Positions 1-10,949 of a stretch of DNA of 64,000 nt are shown here, piece after piece. The position numbers and the translations under genes are program-made. How positions within the stretch are numbered: the first letter of the stretch is position 1; every line of letters starts with the position of its first letter. Origin of the DNA: Raillietiella orientalis. Its lineage: Eukaryota. The notes beneath the pieces are model-generated. The model did no database searches and was not told the origin of the DNA. It worked only from the letters and a program-made list of their open reading frames with translations. The stretch covers positions 2,108,001-2,172,000 of the forward strand of contig JAYWIR010000023.1 of NCBI GenBank assembly GCA_036172245.1, read 5' to 3'.

Positions 1-234
1 AAGCCAAGTACATCTTGGTATTGCCACATTCAAGAGATTGAAGTGACATGGTTTTCTGCTTAGATGTTTGAGATACCCAGGTTGACAGCAAAGCACCGTA
101 TATGGACCAAGTGAATTGCGAGATTTCTTCAGCCTAAACGAAGCCATTGCCTCAGATGAAAATAAGAGGGAATCGGAGAAGTCGGAGGGACGATGGAAAT
201 CCTTGGGTTCTTCTTTTTTATTCTGTATGCTGTT

Positions 235-2150
235 TTCCTTTCAGCTTTTTTTTTTAAGAGTTTTCTTTTTTTTTTTTTTGGTTCGCTAAAGTAACCTCAA
301 GAGCCGGTCGCGTGCCTCGCGGCGCACGTGGCTCTTTTACACACTGTTTTGTTGTTTCCACGCCTCTCCGCCCGCGGCAACCCGCAGAGGGGCGTGTAAC
401 AATGTAATTCTTCAGGATAGGGGCACCCCGAGAGGGGGGTCTGCCCTATGAATCCAGGAAGGGCTCGGAGTCCGTTCCTCTCACGCTTGGGGAGGGATCC
501 CCCCCGGACGGGGGGGATCGCACCTCCAACCCTGGTTGTCTCCGAAGGGTAACCCGAAGGGAATCTCCTTCCTCATTCTCTCCGGAGGGACACCCCCTGG
601 GAGGGGGTGGTCCTCTCCATTTTAACTTCTCTGAAGGGAACCCGGAAAGGGATCCTCTAGTAGGGATTTCTTCTCCGGAGGGAACCCGCAAGGGAACCGC
701 TCCTGTTCACTCCTCTGAAGAGAACCCCGAAGGGACACTTCCGAAACTCAGAAGGGGCGCTGCAGCTTCCCGCAGGGGAAACGCTCTCGCTTGCTTCCTT
801 GCACTCTGTGAAGAGGCGACGACTCAGAGGGTCCCCCCCGCAAAGGGGAGGGTCCGCTCCTTTGAACAACTGAAGAGGTGCCCGTGAGGACTCCTACTCC
901 ATCTTGAAACCGGAGGGAGGTTCTCCATTGCACGACAGGAGGGGGAACTCCCACTCCTTTATTCCTGGGAGGACCCGAAGGTCGACTCCCATTGTTTCGG
1001 CCTTCATCAGGAGTCTCCGGCTTTAACCACCGCCGGTGCCACGCCCGAATGATTAGGCCATTGCAGGAGAAACTCGGCCTCCGACGACGCAGTGGCGTCA
1101 CAGTTTCTGCCGAAGTATTACGAACCCGCGACGCACGGTACCACACGTGGAAGCCTTAACCACAAGGCCTCCGACGCGATTTCTTTTGAGTTCTCCCTCT
1201 TCTGCGAGGGAGAACCCAAAAGAGACTTCTGCCTGAGACCTTGAAAGCAACTCTCCTAAATGAAATGTCCAAGTGTTGATAAAAGTGCACGAGATGCACT
1301 GTGACGCTTACGGTGGCGAGCTGCATTTCAAAAATGTATATATATATCATTTTTTTGGATAGCTCTGTCGTAGCGACCCCTGTTCTCAAAGGACGTGAAT
1401 TATTTTGGTCCATGCAGTGATGAGAAATTAACAAATCGGCTAGTCTGAGATGCCCATTTGAAGCTAAAAAGTAATAGCTCTTGTGCCATAGAGAACCTAA
1501 TGGAGACCTGGAACTGCAAAAACTTCGAAGGAAACAAAAGATCATTTGTTAATTAATTAGGGGTAAGAAACAAATCCGGAATTCAAATGTGGACGCCGAT
1601 TCATTTAAACTCGGTGTTTGATGCCTGGTGGAACAAGAAGAGCATGGCATCAGCAACTTACCTAATTGAGACCTTGAAAGATGTCTTTGCATTTGCACGA
1701 TCAACTGTTTTCTTGAAAAAAAAAAAAAAGAGTAAAAAGAGTCGTACTCAACTTCCATGAATTGAGCTTCCAAAATACACGTTGAACGGAGAACGAAAAA
1801 TTGGAATAGGTAAGGAGTCACCGGGATTATCTGAGGTTACACGGAACAGTTCCCCTGAACCTCTTCTCAGGAACTCATTTTGTAACATCTCGGAATATTG
1901 CTTCTTAGAGAGGCACAGATATCCTGATGTGATGCACATTGCCTAAGGTCCTAACTGATGTCAGAAGTGTTTCTGCCAGGTTTTTGCTACCGCGCTTCTT
2001 TACGCTACAGAGGTAATTCCTCTGAGTTTGAGAACAAGAGGACGCTTATTGGTTGGCTTTACAGTGCTCGTTTGTATGCAGGGAGGTGAACATTGCGAAA
2101 CTTGGGGAGATGGGAATCACAAAAATTCTTGTCTCCCTACTGACATATAT
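235..2150 (-). mobile_element. Decayed 3' part of an RLE non-LTR retrotransposon with long 3' UTR and A-rich tail
   Basis: Minus-strand HLRLADLLIS (LRPDL-like), K..K.Y-like and GFHVWYRASR (GS.IW..R-like C-terminus, about 1120-1140). T-runs at 235-279 on + would be its poly(A) tail. Confidence 0.45.
299..990. repeat. Array of about 14 tandem GC-rich stem-loops with a degenerate 40-50 nt period
   Basis: Examples: GATCCCCCCC-GGAC-GGGGGGGATC (496-519); GGAG-GG-AA-CCC-GCAA-GGG-AA-CC-G-CTCC (677-703); GGGAG-GACC-CGAA-GGTC-GA-CTCCC (967-990). Recurrent unit start C(C/T/A)G(G/A)AG(G/A)G. Confidence 0.8.
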
Positions 2151-2158
2151 CTAATTTG

Positions 2159-2315
2159 AAGTCACCGGTGAACGAACCCGACGCCTCTGCAGTGGTAGTG
2201 ACGACACTCCGGCAGCGCTCGCATCGCCGAAAGAAGTGAGAGGCATGGTGACTCCTAACTGACGAACAGCTCTTATCAAGGGTCAGAGTCTCATAAGACG
2301 CGTTGGTTTGCACCG
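2159..2315 (+). repeat. Dispersed repeat, copy 1 (related to 4799-4831 and about 5295-5425)
   Basis: AAGTCACCGGTGAACGAACCCGACGCCTCTGCA vs AAGTCGCCGGTGAACGAACTCGACGCCCTTGCA. CGACGCCT.TGCAGTGGT.GTGACGAC...CGAAAGAAGT...GCATGG is shared with 5295 onward. Confidence 0.8.
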
Positions 2316-5300
2316 AGTCTACGGCTGCCTTCTCAACAGCGAGAGATGCCCATGTTTAGGTTTCTAAATGCTGTATGTATTAATCTCCTGTCCATCCGAG
2401 ACCCCTAAAACCGAGCCAGCTAAAAAACAAACAGGAGATCGATCTTGCCGTTGGTGCCAGAAGTAGGATGGCACGCAATCGTGCGTTTGAAATCACTGTA
2501 GAAGGCACTCGCAGCTGCAAACCAAGAGATGCAGCCCTTGATCTACTGCATCAAGAAGGCGACTCACGTCCTAACAGTCGAGGTACGCTCGTGGACGTGC
2601 ACTCGTCGCTGCTACCTGACCTTTTCCTGTGACAATTCGGAATCGCGTTACCGTGCCCGAGGCGTGCTGCCCATTCGGAATTACGTCAGCAGCATTTCAG
2701 AAGGAGCATGAAAACGTATCCACGCTCTTGTTTTATAAATGGCGTGCCGGGGGACAGGCAAAGACATAGAATGTTCAGCAGTCTTCACTGTCTGGCTGTT
2801 CTGTCCACTTCATCCTCCACTCGTGGCTTTGTTCTCAAGAGGATTTCTTCTCGGCGAACGGGAGATAACTTGTGCTTACAGCAGACTTCCTTAGAGCAGT
2901 GGATGTTGGAGCACAGCAGTTTCTTCCTGACTCTCTCTCCATAGATCGCTAAGAGTTCTTCAGTTCTCTCAGAATTTCGCCGTTTTTCGGTTCCTAAGAT
3001 TCTGAAGATCCTTTTACGAAGTCGGAAATTCGAGGAACGCGTGCAAACCAGCTCAGCAGGCCGTTAGCGGCATTCGTCGTTCAGAGCAGCGGTGGCAGCT
3101 ACTGGACGCGACCAGCAAGGAGACCCTCCGAGCGATCGAGAGCAAAACTACGTCGTCCACGCTTCAGAAGCCCGGGCTTTGAGGTTCGCTTAAGAGTAAA
3201 AATCAAGCGATTCGCTCAGCAAAATAGAAGCAACCTCCACTTTGGAGAGAAAGGTCGTGGACTTGAAAGAAGGCCTTCGCCATAACAAAGAGCATCGCCT
3301 ATTCTTGGGCGTTCATCACGGACCAGTCGTTGACCTAGAACGGCAAAGATGGGGAAGTCGAAGAAATGCTAGAGGCTGTGGAAAATCCCTCCTCTGCAAC
3401 TCTTTATGCAATTCGGAATCTTTGCAATTCCCTGGAATAGCGCTTTGCCTCCATCCCTCATACGGTACATTAAGTATCCCCTGGAAGGATCAAGAACGGC
3501 AAGCGAGGGACTTTTCGCAGCTTTCTCTGCCTGTCTGGTGGACCGATCATTCCCGGAACACAGGTTTCTCGAGTGTTCCTTCTTTTCGTCTTGAGTAATG
3601 AGTCATCCGAAGAGTGGGTGGATGCACGTGAGCCTGTTGAAGAGAAGCTCCCGCAGCTCACTTCACAACGTTTCCATTACCGCCTTTGCGGTGTGGAACG
3701 CGGATGCATTTTCCTTCCTGCAGGCAGGAGCGTCTCGGATGCTCTTCAGTCCATTTCACTTCCCCCCTCTCCCCCCCTCATTAAATGTGGAACAGCTGTA
3801 TCCTGTTTCATCAGCTTTGATCGGATGCTAAAGTCACTGAAGTTCCTTTTGCTCGAGTTTCAATTGCTTAAGTTTCATTAGAGAAGGCAGCTAGCATTCT
3901 TAGAGGGAGTGGAGAATTGGCTCTCACCCTCCTCATGGGGGACGAACAAATGTTCCATCCCGAATCCATGCAAGCATCGATTACCGCTGGTTCGAAGAGT
4001 GAATTCTGCTAACGGACTGGTCTCTTTTCTGACTATTCTCTTGGTTCGTTTGTTTTTCTTGAACTTTTGCTTCTAAATCATCTCCTTCTCCAAATTCCCA
4101 AACTAATGTTCTCTATTCATTTTCATGACCAGCCCTCTCATCAGTTTCCAGATTCAATCTTATAATCTCATTGGGTAACTTTGCAGCCGAATTTGCAATT
4201 TTCTGAGCGTTTCTGATTTTTTTTTTACTCGTCTCCCAAAAGTGCTTAAAATCCATTGCTGATATTTTCCTTCATTCCATTAAGTAAATCTCTCCTCAAA
4301 TAGCATCTCCGCGGATATCGTTCTTTAGGAGCGCTCTCGGTCTTCAGCTATGATGGTCTTAGCAATTTATAAATCGAAAAGCATTCACTTGTGGATTTCG
4401 AGGTGGTTAGCCGTGAGTGGTGTCATTGGCGTCACTCACTGTCTTCTTTTCGGGTTCATGAGAATGGAAGAAGGTCCTTAGCAGAGGAAACAAGAGAGTT
4501 TAGAGGCACGAAAATAGCTGACTCGATGGAACTGAGCCAATTTTAGCGTTGGAAGACAAACGGAAACAAAGTACAGGATCGAGTTCCTTTGGCAACTAGG
4601 TCAGGAAAAAAGATCTCGAAACTTCCCCTCCTGCTTTCCTTAGGCCCAGTTTCCTCATGCATCATGGATTACCTCCTGTGCGCCGGATAGACTGGATAAT
4701 TAGTTACTGCTCTCACTTTCTAAATACGAATATGTAACAGCTACTCGTAATCACTAAGAATTCTCAAAAAAAGAATCACAAATAGATGAAGTCGAAAGAA
4801 GTCGCCGGTGAACGAACTCGACGCCCTTGCATTGAAAGTCCTCTTCGTTGCCGAAGCCCTTCGGCCAGCAACCTCGATAGCGGCCTTGTGCTGCCTTCGC
4901 GGGATCGTCGCCGCCTGGAGCACGGCTACGGGAGGACCACGCGACAAGAGTGCCATCCAATGCGCAGCCCAATTCCTGAGGAGGGCGTCGAGATGGCCCC
5001 ACCTGGATCCGCAAATAAAGGAAGAGCTTGCCGGCATCCTGAGAAGGAGGATACGGCCCCAGCAGCAACAGTGATCCCTTCCCGTACCCTCCCACTCTTT
5101 TTTTCCCTCTTTTTGTTTAGTTTTTTGTTTTTCCCCTTCCCCCTGCTGCCTTGGTGGACCGAGCCGGTCTGCGAACCGGTGAACCGGCAGGCTCCGTGTT
5201 TCTTCGCGCGTGGCTGGAGCATTGCTACAGCCACTGACATCTTTTTCTAAAGTTTATTTTTAAATGAACGACCTGGCGAAAGCCGGGTGAAAATCGACGC

Positions 5301-8149
5301 CTTTGCAGTGGTGGTGACGACGCACCTGCAGCTCCCGCACCATCGAAAGAAGTAAAGCATGGCCACCCCCTAATCGGCGAACACCTTGATCAGGGAAACC
5401 GCGGGTGCCGTGTTGGTTTGCCTTGGATTTCCAGCCGCCGCCTCACCAGAAAGGGTGTGCGGGTGAATCGAAAAGCGCTTTACCTGATTCTGCCGATAGC
5501 TGGGCAGCGTAGAAATGCGAGAACGTATGGACAAACAACAGCTCCCCATCTCACTTCTTGAATGGCATGTCATCATGTGTACCCAGCAACACACAAGCAG
5601 GGACACAACAGCGTTGGAATGTGCCTTCAGGTGGCTTCAAAGTAAGGCATTTCGTTGGGGACCGTTTCCAAAAGTTCATTCTGCTTTGAGTATGCAAAAT
5701 GAACTCTATCGGATAAGTTTCCGCCTTATCGGAACCTGGGCTACATTGCTCATTTTGCAGAGCCTTCAGCTTCACCAACCAGGCTTGGATTGGAAGCACG
5801 AACTGGAAACCAGTCTTGAATTTCCCGCATCTGATACTCAGGGTTCTGGGCTGCAAACTTCGGAGAAGTTGCCTGGTTCTCTCGGAAGTTTCGTTTGCTT
5901 ATGATAGCAGGAAATTCTATCATGACAGGCGGGAGATTGGAGCAATTGGAGCTTCTCTCTCCCTATAAAATAAAGATCTATTTACCAGAAGAAGAAAGCA
6001 GATCGACAATCAGTGAGAAGATAGCTGATTTCTACAGCAATCCATCGATTTTTTCCTTGAGTAAATTTGAGAGGCTGTTTGTCTTTCTCTTTGCTTTTTT
6101 TTTCTTTCGTTTCTTGCAATTACAAAGGAAGAATACGAATGACTACAAAAGGATACTCTCTCTTGGCTGTTACCTTGAAGCTCCGTAGGAAGAGAAGCAC
6201 AAGTGTTCACCCATAAAAAGGCTCCAAGTGTTCGGGCTAAGATGATTTGGATTTCCAAGAGTGAGGGAATTACACAAAGCGGAACACCAGCTCTGTACGA
6301 GAAAATTTAGTACTGTACGAGAAACGCGGCATTTTCTGTTGCAATATTGTCCCTGAACCTTTCTCGTCTGTCAAGGAAGAAATGTCCGGTTTCCGTTTTT
6401 TTTGAAATCCTTCCTGTTATCCGATGCGTGCAGTGGTGATTAGAAGGACTCCCAATTTGTTAGTAAATGTGAATAGAGGGCGGCGTACCATTTTCTTGAA
6501 TCTTCCAAATGTACACAAATGTCCATCCATCACATTAAGTGACCCAACCAGCGTGTGTCAGTCCGATTCTAAGAACTCAAACCTCGGTGATGAGTTCCCG
6601 TCGCTTCACATTTTTCTTAGCCGAAAAACTTAAAACTAGACTCTCCTTGTATTTTCACAGAGCGTTACGTGGCCGAGGTGTTCATTTTCCGGAAATCGTG
6701 TCAAAGGTTAGTGCTGTCTATCTTGACTGTCTTGAATTGAGAATCCATCCTTTTCAAATGCGTCACCATCTTGGTTTTCTCATTGGTCTATCGGAAGAAG
6801 AATCCATTTTTCCTTATAGGCATTTTCAAATCTGGTTTCAAATCACATATGGTAATGGATGCAAAAACTAAAATTAATCCCAAGATTTCACCAGTTGTCT
6901 CGGCGATTTTCGGAATACATGTCCTGGAATCTATGCTTACTTAATTAACCATCTCCTTCATTTCATTTCGATATCAGGAAACTAATGACTGAAGGATAAT
7001 GTTGCCGGCATTCATCTGCATCTCTACATATTTCTTCCCGTGCTTTACAAGAAGATTTTGGGAAACTTATTTTCTAGAGACTCCAGTCGAGAGTACTCTC
7101 TCCAGTTCTTTTTTTTCATGTTCCTGGAGCGTCTTTGGATTCCCCGCATCCCCATCGATACATCTACCATGTGATGACTTACCCGATCTCACACCAGAGT
7201 GGCGGACGATTCCTGTTAGGTGATTTCCGTATCCCAATCACCACTCTCAAACAAAATCACAATTGAAACCCGTTTCAAGTAAAATGAGTTACATCTATAG
7301 ATCCAAACTGAAAACCCTGTTCACTATATCCTCTCTCGTTGCTTCATCCCAGTTGGAGCTCATCCTCGCTCTTCAAGGAAAACATTTACTCCCAATGCAT
7401 CAAAACAGAGATATGCAATCGTTGAAGAATAAAGTTCCTCGTGGATTATCTATTGGTAAGCAAATTCCCAGAGTAGTACTCACCACTCACGAAGCAGCTC
7501 AGGTTTTTTTCCGTCTCTCTTATGTATCCATCGTCTGTACGAAAATATCTAATTCTGTTTTACAGCAGTGGTCTCCTTTATAGATTAAGTAACCCTGCAA
7601 CCGAATCACATATGCATATATAATTTCTGCTTATAAAGCCTCAAAGGCTTTATAAGTAGAAATTTCACTTACAAAGGACAGACAGCAGCATTCCTTCTTT
7701 TTTATGCTCTTCTCTTCCCCAAAAACAGATATGCAACGCCTTCTTTAGATTTGGGATGCTTTCATCTGAGAGCCAGGTCTGCAATTTGGGATCTGTTGCT
7801 TCTCTCTTGCAGAATTTGCAGCCTTTCACTTTTCCAGACTTCCACTGCGAACAAAGAGTTTCTGCGGAGACCAAAGTATTTTCTGAGGATCCAGTGGGTT
7901 TTGGAAACGCCCGGTGGCGTAAACTCACTCTTCACACTGCTGCGTTGGACAATCGCGCTCAGGTGCAGAGCAATAAGGTTTGAAAGCAAAGTCTTCTGCA
8001 CCTGAGAAGCGTTGGACTGCCCAAATTTTGATGTGTTCAATGATGCTGAAAGGGCGATGCGAGCAGGCGGCGGGGAGGATTTTCACGACTTCCCTCGCTT
8101 GACTCTTCCCTGAAACTCTTTTTTTCTCAAGGTTCTTCCGTTGCATGCG

Positions 8150-9050
8150 GCGACCCAACAGTGTTTCTGGTACACGTTCCGGGAACACCATGTGCCCTAA
8201 AGCACCACCTGATTTGCCCTTCCTTCTTCTTGAGAATTTTCAGCTCCTCAGTGTTTCATCATTTCTCAGATGCCAAGGTCCTAGAAATGCTGCAACTATT
8301 GCTCTTTCGATAGTGCGTGCCACTTTGGAGAAGACGTATACAGAGTCAGCCCTCCGTGCTTCCTCTCCTACCTTTCTACTTCTTTATTGTCTCTCCCAGT
8401 GCCGCTGATGAATAGAAGTTCATGGAAACAAGCGACGTCCACTGTGACCATCCTCCCTTCGCTCTGGAGCACTAGATCTGGCTTGACTCTGCATCTCCTC
8501 CCTGAATACTCTGACTAAAGGCCGTTAAACCCCCTAGTGTTTCAAGTCAGCCCTCTTCATGTAGGTCTCCAGACTGTGACACCTCCTTGTAACCATTGTC
8601 TGGTTGCTGATGTATGTGTTGAGAATGCGACGCAGAGATTCCTTCCATCTTCCCCACCTCCCGCCGTCCCTGGACTGGTGATCGACGCCCGTGCAGGCAA
8701 AAAGATAAACCGTTACTCATGGATAACCTGCAACCGAAGGTGTTCGCCACTAAATAAAAAATCCCTTGTTCGTTCCTGCAGCTCAGGGAGCAGTACGAGA
8801 TCCTCCAGTGGCATTGCTTCATCGGTGCATGGTTCAAATGCATCAGCACAGCCATTCATCTGAAAGAAGGAAAAATTACCGAAGAATGTCAAAGTCCGTG
8901 CACAGGGCATTAAAAGCTGCTGATCCTCAATCATCTTTGAGATGCCTCTGGAGAGAAAACGCGGAAAACTCACCTTTCTATAAGCGATCCATTCGGTCCC
9001 GTCTTTCGGATTGAACGGCCTGAAATGAAGCAGGACTTCAATTTACAAGT
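8150..9050 (-). mobile_element. RLE non-LTR retrotransposon 3' remnant (NeSL/Utopia-like)
   Basis: DFLFSGEHLR..RFIF.AR, degenerate CCHC (KESLRRILN...VTRR), RVKPDLVLQSEGRMVTVDVACFHE (PD..D endonuclease), AIVAAFLGPWHLRND, WCSRNVYQKH (WSR.IY..H terminus). Confidence 0.85.
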
Positions 9051-9624
9051 GTCTCCAAGGAATCTCAATTCCTGGTTTCTCGATCCTCATCTGTGGCAAA
9101 AGGAATTTGGGTTCCCTCTCCTCCCTCCTTCCTTTCGTTTACGTTTACAAAGTTCGGGAGAGCTCAGGTCTGCCAACGGTGCTCCGCGGAAAAGCTGACA
9201 CGGAGACGGCCGCCTCGATCTCTGCATAGCGTTCGCACTTCTCGCCAGATGCAGAAGCTCCCGTTCACGAAGGAAACGCGCGGCATGCGTTAAGGAGAGC
9301 GTAGATCCTCCACCTGCACCAGTTCCTCCTCGCCGTCAACGGAGAAATCAGGAGCAAGCAGATCCGAATGAAGATCTCTCGTTTCGTGGAAGGAAGATGC
9401 ACATCCCCCGCTTGCCTCGAGATCTATGCTAGACACCACGGAAGGCCGCAGACTCGTAGTAGCTCTACAGCATCATGCAGACGTTTCTCCTTCGAAATCT
9501 GCTCTCAAGGCCAATCTAAGGGAAGACAAGGAGGGAGGGAGCTCCGTTACTCCTTCGCCGCTCCTTGGGAATTCGACCTATCCCAGTAGAGCTCTGAGCA
9601 TTCAGGAAAGCCACTTTTTTTTTG

Positions 9625-10450
9625 TTTGCTTGTCTTTCGAGATATTTTGCCGTTCACGTAATCCTGCTTGGGAAACAGAAGGTGGAACAAGGTTCAGTTT
9701 CTTGCGATGCAGAGTTCGGGTGAGTCCAGTTTCCACATCCTGTCACGAAAGCTTCGCCATTGCAGCAACCGTAAGGAAGTTCGCATCGAAAAGGCAGAAC
9801 TACATTTTGGATAACAGTTCATGAGTCTGGGATTTCCTCCCCAAGGCACACAAACAAAGAAATCAAACCCAACACTCCTCTTTCTTTGGAAACGCAGCGT
9901 GTTACTGCAAGGACGAGGGAAATCCTGGTTTCCGGGAAAAAAAGGTGACGTCGCTTTGAAACCGCCTATTGACTCTGCTCCAATGCTGCAGAACGTTCAT
10001 CTCCAAAGCATGAGGAACGCATCGTATGGCTGCACATTTTCTTCATCCGCTTGTCAACTGCTTCCAGCTAGGAAGCTTCATAACCAAACTGCACACCCAC
10101 GAAAAAATCCTCTTCCTGCAACCAATCGCGTGTTCTGTATGCTGCATCACACGCGCCGCAAATCACACCAACTGTCGCATTCAATCCGTATGGTCTATAG
10201 CCAGCGTCCATTACTAGTTTAGTACTCCTGGGAGACCATCTGGAATTTTTGTCAACTTCTTGAATGTATTTCCTTTCGAGTTCACTTTGAGTAAATTCCC
10301 TTCGGAGGATGAGAGAGTATCCAAGTAAATTGTTTTCCTCGAAACCCATATGAACAGGAATTTTTCTCCTCCCCAGTTGTTTAGAACCTTGAGTGCCTTC
10401 GAGGCACAAATCCTGTTCCTATTCATCTCTCGTCCGCTGCTGCGATTTTT
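9625..10450 (-). mobile_element. Possible second RLE 3' remnant
   Basis: FVTGCGNWTHPN (G..G.W...N-like) near 9740; very decayed. Confidence 0.35.
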
Positions 10451-10949
10451 CCATCCGACTGTCTCCTCTGGAAGCGAACTGTTATCTGTAAGATTTCAAC
10501 AAAGTTCCTCGAAGGATTGTGCCATTATAATCTTGAGGAAAGGCTACTTGACCTTTCAGAGGAACGTGGTCTGAGCAAGTAGCCGTTTACTGACTTCGTA
10601 TTTTCTGGAACACCTTCATTGCATCTGAGAAGTAAACAAGAATAATTCGTGAGAACGTGAGCGCTCGTTCATACGTGCTCATAATTGGAGATTCACTTTC
10701 TTCGCAAGTGTGCGTTTTCTTCCCTGAATTTCGCTCTTACCTCCAAATTCGGAAAAACACACACACGCACACACACACAAACAAGCAAATGTTGACGCTG
10801 ATTGCAGTGACAGAAATTTGTTCCCTTTTGTTTCGAAATGAAGAGACTGAGTGGCCCAACCGAAAATTCGCCAACGACTCTGGACCTGAAACTTCCAAAT
10901 ACGTGCAACTTTCGAGGAAGATTCACTTTGTGTCCACCCTCCCACCCTA

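Noticed and set aside
301..336. Twister (GCCGGTC) or HDV-like (CCTCGC) ribozyme, also at 5161
   Set aside because: The twister CCAAGCCC/pseudoknot partners and the HDV nested double pseudoknot could not be built.
540..990. CRISPR array interpretation of the periodic GGAGGGAACCC..GGG units
   Set aside because: The units are too divergent, the inter-unit segments are short and pair back with the unit, the context is eukaryotic, and there are no cas genes.
8397..8445. Hammerhead-like CTGATGA...GAAAC...GTC
   Set aside because: Stem II does not form, stem I is offset, and it lies antisense within RLE coding sequence.
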